From assembly GCA_964230645.1 (NCBI GenBank), contig CAXRHT010000003.1:459108-523107 (forward strand): a stretch of DNA of 64,000 bases. The letters run 5' to 3'. Numbering within the stretch: the stretch's first letter is position 1; each line of letters starts with the position of its first letter. Of the stretch, positions 18,034 to 27,782 are shown in pieces. Position numbers and translations under genes: made by a program. This stretch comes from Bdellovibrionales bacterium. GTDB taxonomy: Bacteria; Bdellovibrionota; Bdellovibrionia; Bdellovibrionales; JAGQZY01. The notes beneath the pieces are model-generated. The model had not been told where the DNA came from, made no database searches, and was given only the letters and a program-made list of their open reading frames with translations.

Positions 18034-18310
18034 AAAGCATGGATTAGCAGGGAAAAAAGGCTGAGGCAATCTCAATAAGAATCTTCCAATCCGCGCAAAG
18101 ACCTAGTGGTAGAGCCCTTCTAGGGCTTAAGATCCTAGACTCTCTTAAGGTAGAGGATTTTTTGTTCGTCAATGCTTTGGCACCCACAAAACCACTCAAG
18201 TAAAATAAGTACCTTGCACAGTCTTCTTTAGCTTTCGTCTATGACATATTAATGACTCACAGAAATCCCCGCAAATGGTGCATAATAAAGGAAAGCATCA
18301 AGGAGGATCT

Positions 18311-19696
18311 TTGCCACCTATTCGTTTTGGAGGATTAGCATCGGGGTTACCCCCCAATATCGTTGAGCAGATTATGGCCAGCGAACGCTTACCTATTCAA
18401 AATATGGAATCCAAGAAAGAAAACATCAACGCAAAAATGCAGTTGGTGGGTGATCTTGAATCAAGGCTTCGTAAAGTGGGGGATTCCCTCAAAGAAGTTA
18501 TTGGTGTGGGAGGCTTTAAAGATTACTCTTTAGATCTTTCAAGAGAAGGGGTTATTAAGGGAACTGTTGATCCAAAAACCGCTCAAAAAGGTTCTTGGTC
18601 CCTTGAAGTTTTAAAGCTTCCGAAAAGCTCGGGGAGAATGACCAATGGATTTCCTGATGCCAACAAAACACAGGTCGGTGTTGGTTACCTAACTTTTGAA
18701 ACTCCCGAAGGGGAGCATGAGATTTATATCAACGACACCAATAATACATTACAGGGTGTGGCTCGAGCGGTGAATGACGCCGGCATCGGTATTCAGGCAA
18801 ATGTAGTAAAAGATGCTGATGATTCCGATTATCCACATAAATTAATCTTTAGCAGTCAGGAGTATGGAAGTGATAACGATATTGTTTTTCCAACTGTCTA
18901 CCTTCTTGATGGGGACCATGATCTTTATTTCGACAAAGAACGAAAAGCAGAAAATGGTAAAATCAAGCTCAACGGTTTCGAAGTAGAAGTCGACGCCAAA
19001 GAACTCAATGACATAGTCCCTGGGGTCAATCTTGACCTTATGAGTGCAGAGCCTGGAAAAGAAGTGACTGTCACTGTTAACGAGGACTATGAGACCATTA
19101 AAGGTAAAATGAGCGAGTTCGTAAATTCTATGAATAGCGTTCTGGGATTTATCCAGTCTCAAAACCGTATGGATGAAAACACCGACACTTCAAAAACATT
19201 GGGTGGGGACTCAATGCTAAGAAGTGTGGAGATGAGAGTACGCTCACTTTTACAATCAGGATCTTACTCAACTGGGAATCAAATCTCACGACTCTCGCAA
19301 TTGGGAGTCGAGTACAACAGAAACGGAACCCTTGATTTTGATGAGGCGAAATTTAATCAAGCCGTAGAGACTCGTCCCAAAGAAGTGGTGCGTTTTTTAC
19401 AAGGTGATGGTGGACCAAGCTCAGGTTTTATCAACCGAGTAAAAGAGTTCGTGCAGACGAGTGTGAACGGAGCCTTTGGGGTTATAGGTAATAGAAAACG
19501 TGGTTTAGAAAACCGGGTCAGAAGAATAGATCAAAGAATTGAGAATAAAGAGCGATTACTCGCACAGAAAGAAACGAATTTGCGTAGAAAGTTTTCTCGT
19601 CTGGAAGAAACAATGGGACGTTTGCAAGCTCAACAGGGTGCAGTCTCAGCGATCGGCGGCGGAGGCGGAGCACCAGCAGGACTACCATTGGGATAA
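18311..19696 (+). CDS. fliD: Flagellar filament cap protein
   Basis: IRFGGLASGL N-terminus, LGGDSMLR, and a C-terminal coiled coil (LRRKFSRLE). TTG 18311 follows AGGAGG and is preferred over the ORF track start 18275. Confidence 0.93.
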   Translation: MPPIRFGGLASGLPPNIVEQIMASERLPIQNMESKKENINAKMQLVGDLESRLRKVGDSLKEVIGVGGFKDYSLDLSREGVIKGTVDPKTAQKGSWSLEVLKLPKSSGRMTNGFPDANKTQVGVGYLTFETPEGEHEIYINDTNNTLQGVARAVNDAGIGIQANVVKDADDSDYPHKLIFSSQEYGSDNDIVFPTVYLLDGDHDLYFDKERKAENGKIKLNGFEVEVDAKELNDIVPGVNLDLMSAEPGKEVTVTVNEDYETIKGKMSEFVNSMNSVLGFIQSQNRMDENTDTSKTLGGDSMLRSVEMRVRSLLQSGSYSTGNQISRLSQLGVEYNRNGTLDFDEAKFNQAVETRPKEVVRFLQGDGGPSSGFINRVKEFVQTSVNGAFGVIGNRKRGLENRVRRIDQRIENKERLLAQKETNLRRKFSRLEETMGRLQAQQGAVSAIGGGGGAPAGLPLG

Positions 19697-19710
19697 GCGG
19701 AGGCTAAGTA

Positions 19711-20097
19711 GTGGGTTATAACAAGTACAAGCAGACAGCAGTAGAGAGTGCAAGCCAAGAGAAGCTTTTGTTGATGCTCTATGAGGGAGCGATAAAGTTT
19801 ACCAAAAGAGCGATCATCGCTGCCGACAATAAAAAAGTGGCCGAGAGATGTGAGAACATCACCAAAGCCTACGACATCGTTTTAGAGCTAATGAACACCC
19901 TTGATTTTGAAGTGGGTGGGGAAGTGGCCGTTAATCTTGAGCAACTTTATATGTTCATCACCGATGAACTCTCTCGAGCGAATCTAACCGGAAAAACCGA
20001 GCATCTAAGAAATGTTCTTAAAATTTTAGAAACACTATATGAGGGCTGGAAAGAAGCCGTCGAACTTTTAAAGAAAAAAGAAGCAAAGGGCGCATAA
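19711..20097 (+). CDS. fliS: Flagellin export chaperone
   Basis: YNKYKQTAVESASQEKLLLMLYEGAIKF, LDFEVGGEVAVNLEQLY and LYEGWKE motifs. Confidence 0.95.
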   Translation: MGYNKYKQTAVESASQEKLLLMLYEGAIKFTKRAIIAADNKKVAERCENITKAYDIVLELMNTLDFEVGGEVAVNLEQLYMFITDELSRANLTGKTEHLRNVLKILETLYEGWKEAVELLKKKEAKGA

Positions 20098-20110
20098 GGG
20101 GGGCAACATC

Positions 20111-20503
20111 ATGAGTAAAGTATTAGATCTTTTAAAGGAAAAAAACTTCTATTTAGAGCGTTTTCTAGAGGAATCTCAAAAAGAAAGAACACGCTTTAAA
20201 GCCAGACGTTTTGGTAACTTAGATTCTCTCTACAATAAAAGAGAGCAGATTCTACTAAACATCCAAAGTATTGATCGCCGAATCAACACCATCTGCGAAG
20301 AAGAGGGCGAAGATCTTTTAAAGGCTCCAAAGAAAGACGAAATGAACAAGCTTTTAAACACCATTAAAACCAACGTTCAGTCGATCATGGAAGAGGACCT
20401 TGAAATCATTTCGTTTATAGAAAATGAAAAAACTAAGATCATTCAAGAAATTGGAAAAACCAAAGAAGGCCGCAAAGTCCTAAAAGGCTATAAAGCCCTC
20501 TAA
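20111..20503 (+). CDS. Helical flagellar protein, FliT/FlgN-like
   Basis: Follows fliD-fliS; predicted all-helical, 130 aa. The family call is positional. Confidence 0.55.
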   Translation: MSKVLDLLKEKNFYLERFLEESQKERTRFKARRFGNLDSLYNKREQILLNIQSIDRRINTICEEEGEDLLKAPKKDEMNKLLNTIKTNVQSIMEEDLEIISFIENEKTKIIQEIGKTKEGRKVLKGYKAL

Positions 20504-21949
20504 AAGGTACCCGGTTCTTTTTTCGTAAGCACAATGTCAAAATTCCAAGAAAGTCACCTGGTACAACAGTGTTACCAGGTTTCTTTTTCATATATTTGCA
20601 GTCAAAGTCCCATAGGTCACTTCGACAACTTTTAAGGGCCAAGTTCAATTCAAATTTATTTTAAGTGAGACATGTGAATTTCGATCCCTAATGACATAGC
20701 TCAATCTTATTTATCCGAAAAATAAACCAAATATACTGATTCTCCATTCCCCAGTGTTTTTCATCTGAGCTCTTTTAGAGGGTTTCAACGCTGAGCATCC
20801 GAAAAAAGAACCTGGTACTTTTCTGTGGTGGTATCTATTAGTAGGGGTAATACATCCGGGGGGATATATGGGATCTAAGAAGGTTTTTCTTTTTCTATTT
20901 TTCTGTGCGCACAGTGCTGCGGCTTTAATGGCTCCAAATCTGAAAATTGATGTTCGAGAGTCGAATCTGGAATTTTCATATCATCAGAGACTTTCAATGG
21001 TCGCTGAGGTCGATGAAAAATTTGGAGCGAGATCATTGTGTAAGGAGAGTGCTAAAAAGGAGACGATGTTAAAAGAGCTCCCTCAGCTTTCTCAGTTTGG
21101 ACTATTTGGAGGAATTTACCTCAATACTTATCAGCAATTAAAAACCTTTAGAGATCAGTTCTTAATTTGGGAGAGAAGTAATTCTTCACTCAATGTTGAC
21201 GTTTTTTATTATATGAAAGCGTTTGAACAGGGTTTGCCCTGTTCTGAATCTCCTTACATCCAGCAAAAAGGTAATAAAGTGGCTCGCTGGTCGGGGCGGC
21301 TGAAAAAAGAAATCGATCATGTCGATGTGTGTGTGGCTTGGTATGACTATTTTCGTTTTTATCAAGAGCAGAGTCAGAAGAATCAAATGAATAGGCGAGC
21401 CTTACAAAGAAAAATGTGGAGAGCTCATTCCTATAGTCTTTTTCATGTCTGGGTGTTGAACTACGACGACTATTACGACTCATTAACCAAAGAAAAAGTA
21501 CCTTCCTGGGAGTTTTACCAATGGAATGCCTGGAATCGATTTGTCGCCGCCTTTACTCCGAGTCTGAATTTAAATTCCTGTGCCCATACGATGTGGCCCT
21601 TTCTTGGAACGGCGATGCCTGAGTGTAGCTTTCCTGATTCCGGTGAAGTTTCTCGGTTTCGGCAATGCGAAGAATCCACTGACTTGAATTCACCCAAGCA
21701 CTACTTGCAGTGGCTTGGACTAAAGTATCTCACAGGTTTTTATGCTGAGTTCAGTGAGCTGGATGATTCCATCGACGCGATCGCCTCGGAAATCAATTGA
21801 AATGCATAAACTTTGATTCTCTTTTGGGGGATTCAACATACCGCCTCCGAAATAGGAATCAGGTACTTTGTCTTTGTCTGGATGATTCCATCGATGCCAT
21901 CGCCCCGCATCCGAAAAAAGAACCAGGTACTTTGTAAACCTGGTACTTT
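20503..21949. repeat. Cluster of 7 copies of a REP-like motif (CATCC)GAAAAAAGAACC(A/T/G)GGTACTTT
   Basis: Copies at 20503-20525 (-), 20556-20564 (+, core), 20573-20589 (-), 20795-20821 (+), 21845-21870 (+, degenerate), 21907-21933 (+) and 21937-21949 (+, core). Confidence 0.75.
20868..21800 (+). CDS. Secreted hypothetical protein, aromatic-rich (310 aa)
   Basis: N-terminal signal-like segment (VFLFLFFCAHSAAA); high W/Y/F content; no recognised family. Confidence 0.75.
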   Translation: MGSKKVFLFLFFCAHSAAALMAPNLKIDVRESNLEFSYHQRLSMVAEVDEKFGARSLCKESAKKETMLKELPQLSQFGLFGGIYLNTYQQLKTFRDQFLIWERSNSSLNVDVFYYMKAFEQGLPCSESPYIQQKGNKVARWSGRLKKEIDHVDVCVAWYDYFRFYQEQSQKNQMNRRALQRKMWRAHSYSLFHVWVLNYDDYYDSLTKEKVPSWEFYQWNAWNRFVAAFTPSLNLNSCAHTMWPFLGTAMPECSFPDSGEVSRFRQCEESTDLNSPKHYLQWLGLKYLTGFYAEFSELDDSIDAIASEIN

Positions 21950-22072
21950 ATCGAAGTCAAAAAACTGACTTGCCGGTTCTAATTCTTTGGCGCTATTTAA
22001 TCACCTTTGTCTGGGGTTTTTATTTCATCTTTGATTTGTTGAGTCTCACTGAAATTGTGCGGAGAATCATTT

Positions 22073-22088
22073 TGGCACTTTCCTTGCT
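22073..22088 (+). promoter_or_regulatory. sigma54 (-24/-12) promoter
   Basis: TGGCAC-TTTCC-TTGCT matches TGGCAC-N5-TTGC(A/T), about 35 nt upstream of the 22123 start. Confidence 0.8.
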
Positions 22089-22122
22089 TCATTAAGAGCT
22101 TGAAAAGGAAAGGGATCAAAAA

Positions 22123-22842
22123 ATGGATGCAGTTTACGACAAACATCAAGAGATGGAAGAGTTCACTTCAATTAACTTCGAAAAAAGCGATCAGCTTTTA
22201 AAAATGAAGAAGTATATTACAGAGAAAAATTGGAGCCGAGCTTCCATGCTGGCTGAAGAAATCAAGGAAATGGAAGCTAATAATCCTGAGTTTCTTTTCG
22301 GTATGGCCGAAATTAAAACGGAGAGCCAAGACTACCCAGGAGCACTGAACATCTATCATGAAATGCTCGATATTCTCGAAGGTCAGGACCCCATGTGTTT
22401 CGATATTTATAAGAATATGGGGAACATTTATCTTAAGTGTGGAGATATTGACGCGGCTGAGGAAAAGTATAATCAAGCGCATGCGATCAACTCACAAGAT
22501 GAGAGCCTTTCGATCAACTACGGTGTCCTTTATATACAAAAAGGTGAGTATTCAAACGCTAAAAACCGTTTCGCAGACGTCCTTACAAAAAACAATGAAT
22601 CGGATTTTGCTTGGGTAGGAATGGGGTTAGTACACAGAGCCCATGCCGATCATGAGTTAGCAAGAGCTTGCCTGCTCCGTGGTCTGGATGAAAATCCTTA
22701 CAATAAATTAGCCATAACTAACTACTACACATGGTGTGATCAGGACGGTAAAGAAGCCTCTATAGAGCACATTAATAATTTTCTACAACAATATCCACAG
22801 GACCAGGAGATCAAAAGACTTCAGCAAGGATTGTCACAGTAA
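22123..22842 (+). CDS. Tetratricopeptide-repeat protein
   Basis: Tandem 34-aa helical repeats (IYKNMGNIYLKCGDIDAAEEKYNQAHAINS; INYGVLY; AWVGMGLVH). Confidence 0.85.
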   Translation: MDAVYDKHQEMEEFTSINFEKSDQLLKMKKYITEKNWSRASMLAEEIKEMEANNPEFLFGMAEIKTESQDYPGALNIYHEMLDILEGQDPMCFDIYKNMGNIYLKCGDIDAAEEKYNQAHAINSQDESLSINYGVLYIQKGEYSNAKNRFADVLTKNNESDFAWVGMGLVHRAHADHELARACLLRGLDENPYNKLAITNYYTWCDQDGKEASIEHINNFLQQYPQDQEIKRLQQGLSQ

Positions 22843-22843
22843 G

Positions 22844-24199
22844 ATGAAGTCCGTTATTCCTCAGGTTCATTTATTTCTTTGTCTCGATCCTAGGGTCTCA
22901 CCTGGTGTGATTCTTCACCTTTTGGATTTGGCTCGCGCTCAAGATTGGCGCGAGGAAACCATACTGATTTGTGATGAAATTTGGAAGCCCCTTGTGAACG
23001 TGGATCAACCGGTGTTGTTTCTTAATCGTGAGAAGTTTTTTGAGAAAAAACAGGGGCAAACGGAACCCTTTAATCTTGAGTACCTTGAAGAGGTCCTCGA
23101 TCATCTTGATCACTTTGAAATTAAAAAAGTCACCCAAATTGGACAATTGCAGTGGGGACGATGGCTTAAAGCCTACCTTGATCAAGAAGACGGGGTGGAT
23201 CACAAAGTTATCAGTTGGGGAAAGAAAAACCTCTCGGCTCTACAAATTTTAAATGATGTTGCTGATGAGTTGGCTATAGATATTAGCTCTCTTGGTTCAA
23301 AAGCCACCAAAGGCAATGAAGTCCTTATTGATCCCTACGACAATGAGGGGATCGCTCAAGAGTTTTTAAGTCTTATTGACAATATTGATGAGAAATATTG
23401 GCCAGAATGGCTCACTATTATCGTTAAAGAGCAAGATGAAGAAATGTTTAAAGGAAAAAGCCTTGAAGAGCAGGTCGTTCTTGAAACGGATGTTGTTGCC
23501 AATCACAACAATCAATCTGTGCTTTGTTTTTCTTCACAGTCTCCTTTTTTACAGACAAGTCGAAATTTCAATGTGGCACTTTACAACAGTGGCGGCAAAG
23601 ACAACCTCTTTTTACAAGGTGATATTTCTATACAATCAAAAGAGATCGAGCATATCTCTGAAATTATAAATATTCTCACTTACTGGAAATCGGGGCGCCT
23701 AAAGGAGCTCTCCTATCAGTGGCTTAATATGGGGATTGTTATTTATCATCTTGAGGTTTTTCACTCACGAGTGGTGCAACGTAATCTGCTCAATTACTCC
23801 CAAGATCTTTTTCACTGCCAGGCACTGATTCATCATTTTCTGCAAAGTAAAGGTCGTATTGGGCCTCCGTTTTTACAGCAGATCGTAAATGAAATGAGAG
23901 ATGAAATTGATAATGATCCGTTTTCTTTATCTTTTTCTCTAAAAATCCTCAATATGATCGTTGATCGTATGCTATCCTCAGCCCAAACGGGAGAGAGATT
24001 ATTTCAACGACTTGGCAGTGATTATCACCGCATTGTGATTGCGGAGTCTTTGGTTGAAGGACTCATCGATACTCATGCTGACGACCTCACTAAACTAGAT
24101 TTAAAAGCAAAACTTCAGGAATTTAAACAATTCCTCATGCTTGTTGACCGATGGAATGACGATATAGAACAGATAAAACAATTAAAGGGCCCACAATGA
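22844..24199 (+). CDS. Hypothetical protein, possibly a degenerate GT-B (GT9-like) fold
   Basis: Long ORF in an operon-like arrangement. The beta-alpha pattern at the N-terminus only loosely recalls GT9 enzymes; function is uncertain. Confidence 0.55.
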   Translation: MKSVIPQVHLFLCLDPRVSPGVILHLLDLARAQDWREETILICDEIWKPLVNVDQPVLFLNREKFFEKKQGQTEPFNLEYLEEVLDHLDHFEIKKVTQIGQLQWGRWLKAYLDQEDGVDHKVISWGKKNLSALQILNDVADELAIDISSLGSKATKGNEVLIDPYDNEGIAQEFLSLIDNIDEKYWPEWLTIIVKEQDEEMFKGKSLEEQVVLETDVVANHNNQSVLCFSSQSPFLQTSRNFNVALYNSGGKDNLFLQGDISIQSKEIEHISEIINILTYWKSGRLKELSYQWLNMGIVIYHLEVFHSRVVQRNLLNYSQDLFHCQALIHHFLQSKGRIGPPFLQQIVNEMRDEIDNDPFSLSFSLKILNMIVDRMLSSAQTGERLFQRLGSDYHRIVIAESLVEGLIDTHADDLTKLDLKAKLQEFKQFLMLVDRWNDDIEQIKQLKGPQ

Positions 24200-24867
24200 C
24201 GAAAAGACGTATCGACAGAAAGAATCATCCAGCAACCTTCCGTACCTGTAAAAACTTGGGTCAATTGATTGCATTAGTTGAGCAAGAAGGGGAGCAAGAT
24301 AAAAAATTTCTCACCAAAATCTCGCTCAATGGTAAAAAGATGGACCAGGATGAAGAGTGCCTGCTCGAAAATATGTCTATTAATGAGGTGGATTTCATTG
24401 AGGTAGAGATGCAAAGCCTTAATGAAATCATTGCCCATTCCCTAACGGATATTATCTCCACACTCCAGCATATCCAAATGAGGGCTATTCAATTTGCTAG
24501 AGAAATTCGTAAAGCCAATATTATTGATAAAGAAAAGATCAATTTCTCTTTGATTGAGTGCCGCACTTTTATTCAGAGTTTAGAAGAGGTATTCATTGCC
24601 AATCAGCAAGGCAAGTTTCGTATTCGCCACCTTCCTTTATGGAATGAGGCCGAAAAAGAGCTCACTAATATTTTGCAGTGTATTTTGCAGAGCCGAGAGG
24701 TGGCAGCACCAGATTTTATCGCCGATTTGATGGAGTATGATCTGATTCAAGCCCTAGACCAATGGGAAGACACTCTTGATAAAGAGCTCACAGAGAACCC
24801 AGCGCTGACGGGAATTTTTAATTTGAAATCTGGACGTCATAAAAGCGATAATGAGGTGGATGCCTAA
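24196..24867 (+). CDS. Conserved hypothetical protein of flagellar loci
   Basis: ATGA overlap with the previous gene. 'ISLNG' near the N-terminus and C-terminal 'FIADLMEYDL...LDQW' resemble proteins found beside flagellin-modification genes (recalled, not searched). Confidence 0.65.
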   Translation: MTKRRIDRKNHPATFRTCKNLGQLIALVEQEGEQDKKFLTKISLNGKKMDQDEECLLENMSINEVDFIEVEMQSLNEIIAHSLTDIISTLQHIQMRAIQFAREIRKANIIDKEKINFSLIECRTFIQSLEEVFIANQQGKFRIRHLPLWNEAEKELTNILQCILQSREVAAPDFIADLMEYDLIQALDQWEDTLDKELTENPALTGIFNLKSGRHKSDNEVDA

Positions 24868-26857
24868 GCAATCCAAAATTAAAGAGAGTGGAGCCGACCT
24901 TAATTTTTTAAGGCTCGACTCGGGCTTATTTAAAGAAATTTCCCAACGCCTTGAAAAAACCGATATTTCGATCGAGAACCTCGATGGTGAAGTTCCAGTT
25001 GGGTCAAACCCCATGAAGGTGCTGGGTCTTTCCGTTTCTCAAAAAAACTTTAAAGAACAAACCGAATTGCTAGAAACTCTACTAGAAAATGATGAGACTC
25101 TCTCAGTGCTGATTTTAGATGAGGGACTTGAAACCCAGGAAATTATAGCACTGGGTGAAAGTCCACGGGTTTTTGCGGTCGTTGAATTTCCTAGTCTTAG
25201 CGAAGAGCTTATTAAAAAAGCGGTTGAGCATCATATATTTCTGAAAAGCCAGTCCCTTCAAAGGCAAGAGCTCAAAGAACAAAATAAGAAGTTAGAAACT
25301 CTTAATGAAAATTTGGAAAATCTTGTCCACGAGAGAACGAAAAAAGAGTTTCAAGCCAGTCAGGCGACCGAAGCATCGTTGAAGAAAATTCAGTCAATTT
25401 TTAGTTTTATAAAAAATGTATCAAAATGCCAGAGTATCGAAGAGCTTTTGATTCAACTTCGAGAGGAATTTAAAAAGATCTCAGGATTGATGCCTCCTAT
25501 TTTAATCCTTGATGAGGGTGTCATTAGTTTTCGGGTTTTTTATTTTCAGGGAAAACAACTCATAGAAAAATACTCCGATATGGCCCCTGATCATTCTGGT
25601 TTTTATGGCGAGGATGAAAAAGAGATGAAGTCAGCCTTGAGTAATTACTTTGGGCGTCCCTTTGGACCCTTGATGACTCAAGACTTAAATTTTCGCTCCA
25701 ACGAGCTAAGAGGGGTAAAGGCGCGGGTGATCTTTGAACACTCCCTTGAAAATCAAGATTCCGCCGACATTCTCGACGGGCATGATGAGCGGTGGACGAT
25801 TCTAACCATGGCGGTAGAGAACCTTTTATTAAAAGAGGGTATGCAGAATATCGCGAAACAGTGGTCGAAAACTTTTAATAAAATGGAAGACCCGATCCTT
25901 ATTCTTGATGAAAACTTTCAAATGAGTTTATCAAACTCAAATTACCACCGAAGAGAAAACCGCACCTGTTATGAAGCTTTTGCCGATCAAGAAAAGCCTT
26001 GTAAAGATTGTCCGCTTTCAAAAACATTTCAAACGGGTAAACCCCAAACGTCCGATGTCCATATGGGAAATAAGGTCTACCGAGTTCACTCCTATCCTAT
26101 TCGCATGGAAGAGGAGGGAAGAGTGACCCACGCGATCAATCAATATGTAGATGTGACTCAGACCATTGATTTAAGAAGTCGCGTTATTCAAGGGGAAAAA
26201 ATGGCGGCGGTCGGTCTGTTGGCTGGAAACATTGCTCACGAACTCAATAATCCTTTAACAGGTATTTATTCTTTAGCGGACTTACTCCTTGAAGACTTCG
26301 ATCAAGAGGGTAATACCTATAAAGATATGCTTGAGATTAAAGATGCGGCCAGGCGTTGCCAAAGGATAATTAAAGACCTGCTTGATTTCTCAAGTGTGGA
26401 AAACCAATCGAAACCTGTTGATATCGACGTAAACGCAATTATTAGTAAAACCCTTCCGTTACTAAAAATGGCCATGCGTGAGATGAATTCCAATGTAAAT
26501 CTTCACGAAGAGCCTCTTAATGTGAATTGCAATCCTCAGCTTCTCCAGCAAGTGATTTTTAATTTAATCAACAACGCTTGTCAGGCCATGGAACCTGGAG
26601 GAGAGCTGGGTGTTTTCACAGAGAAAGGAGGGGAACAAGTTTTTATTTATATTCGCGATACTGGGCCTGGGATTCCCGATGACATTAGGGAATTTATTTT
26701 TGATCCTTTTTTTACCACAAAAGATGAGGGCAAAGGCACAGGACTTGGTCTTAGTATGTCAAGAAGTGTTGTGCAGAGAGCGGGTGGGGAACTTTCGTTG
26801 AATGATGCTTACCCAGGTGGTACTGAATTCATTATACAACTACCCTTGGTGGATTAA
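24851..26857 (+). CDS. Sensor histidine kinase (PAS-HisKA-HATPase)
   Basis: H-box AHELNNPLTGI, N-box NLINNACQAM, G1 DTGPGIP, F-box FDPFFTTK and G2 GKGTGLGLS; PAS-like segment with CYEAF...PCKDCPL. Confidence 0.95.
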   Translation: MRWMPKQSKIKESGADLNFLRLDSGLFKEISQRLEKTDISIENLDGEVPVGSNPMKVLGLSVSQKNFKEQTELLETLLENDETLSVLILDEGLETQEIIALGESPRVFAVVEFPSLSEELIKKAVEHHIFLKSQSLQRQELKEQNKKLETLNENLENLVHERTKKEFQASQATEASLKKIQSIFSFIKNVSKCQSIEELLIQLREEFKKISGLMPPILILDEGVISFRVFYFQGKQLIEKYSDMAPDHSGFYGEDEKEMKSALSNYFGRPFGPLMTQDLNFRSNELRGVKARVIFEHSLENQDSADILDGHDERWTILTMAVENLLLKEGMQNIAKQWSKTFNKMEDPILILDENFQMSLSNSNYHRRENRTCYEAFADQEKPCKDCPLSKTFQTGKPQTSDVHMGNKVYRVHSYPIRMEEEGRVTHAINQYVDVTQTIDLRSRVIQGEKMAAVGLLAGNIAHELNNPLTGIYSLADLLLEDFDQEGNTYKDMLEIKDAARRCQRIIKDLLDFSSVENQSKPVDIDVNAIISKTLPLLKMAMREMNSNVNLHEEPLNVNCNPQLLQQVIFNLINNACQAMEPGGELGVFTEKGGEQVFIYIRDTGPGIPDDIREFIFDPFFTTKDEGKGTGLGLSMSRSVVQRAGGELSLNDAYPGGTEFIIQLPLVD

Positions 26858-27222
26858 TGAAAGTATTGATTGTCGATGATGAACCTTTGGTTCGTCGCTC
26901 ATTAGAAAAAATTTTCACAAAAACAGGACACGACGTGATAACGGCCTCCGACGGCGAAGAGGGTGTAAAGCTGTGGAAAAGTGAAAACCCTCAAGGTGTC
27001 GTAATCGACGTGCTTATGCCAGGGCTAACTGGGCCTGAGGTGATCTCTGAAGTGAACCCCGATGAGAAAACAGCGGTCGCTTTGATCTCGGCTTACTCGG
27101 GGGACTACAATCCTGAGTCAGTAAAAAATCTTGGAGCCGACATATTTATTGAGAAACCCTTTGAGAATATTCAAGACATCGTTTTGCAAATCGAAAAGAT
27201 TTGGGAAGTGAAGAATAAATGA
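26857..27222 (+). CDS. Single-domain response regulator
   Basis: VLIVDDEP, phospho-acceptor VIDVLMPG and IEKPF motifs. Confidence 0.93.
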   Translation: MKVLIVDDEPLVRRSLEKIFTKTGHDVITASDGEEGVKLWKSENPQGVVIDVLMPGLTGPEVISEVNPDEKTAVALISAYSGDYNPESVKNLGADIFIEKPFENIQDIVLQIEKIWEVKNK

Positions 27223-27761
27223 GAGTGATCGCTGGTAAATATGGAGGCCGAAAGCTTGTCTCTTTTAGAGCGGATCATATAAGACCCACCACCGACCGGG
27301 TGAAAGAGGCAATTTTTAGCAAAATCCAGTTTGAAATCGCCGGAGCCGAAGTTCTTGACCTTTTTTCGGGTACGGGGAGCCTCGCGTTTGAAGCTCTCTC
27401 AAGAGGCGCGATTCATGTGGACGCTGTTGAGATGAGCTCAAAGTCTGTTCAAATTATTAATAAGAACAGAAAATCTCTCGGTATAGGCGATGAACTCAAA
27501 ATTTTTTCAACCGATGTCTTAAAGTTCTTAAAAACCTGTAAGAAAAGTTACGACTATATTTTTGTCGATCCTCCGTTCACAAAAAAAATGGCATCTGAAG
27601 TCATGCAAACTCTTTCAGAAGTGAATACTTTCGAAAAGGGCTGCGAACTTTTTATAGAATCCTCAAGTCACGAAGAAATGAAAGACACCTACGGAAGTTG
27701 GGAAGCTAAGTCCCAAAAAAGCTACGGCGACAAGTGGCTCTCCCATTTTATAAAAAAATAA
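27219..27761 (+). CDS. rsmD: 16S rRNA m2G966 methyltransferase
   Basis: MRVIAGKYGGRKL, RPTTDRVKEAIF, DLFSGTGSLAFEALSRGA and DPPF motifs. Confidence 0.95.
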   Translation: MRVIAGKYGGRKLVSFRADHIRPTTDRVKEAIFSKIQFEIAGAEVLDLFSGTGSLAFEALSRGAIHVDAVEMSSKSVQIINKNRKSLGIGDELKIFSTDVLKFLKTCKKSYDYIFVDPPFTKKMASEVMQTLSEVNTFEKGCELFIESSSHEEMKDTYGSWEAKSQKSYGDKWLSHFIKK

Positions 27762-27782
27762 GTTATAGATAGAGTATGCAAG

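Noticed and set aside
20503-21949. CRISPR array, dif/pdif sites or attC cassette explanation for the GGTAC repeats
   Set aside because: Spacing is irregular, orientations are mixed, there is no XerC/XerD 11-6-11 consensus, no attC RYYYAAC/GTTRRRY ends, and no cas or integrase gene.
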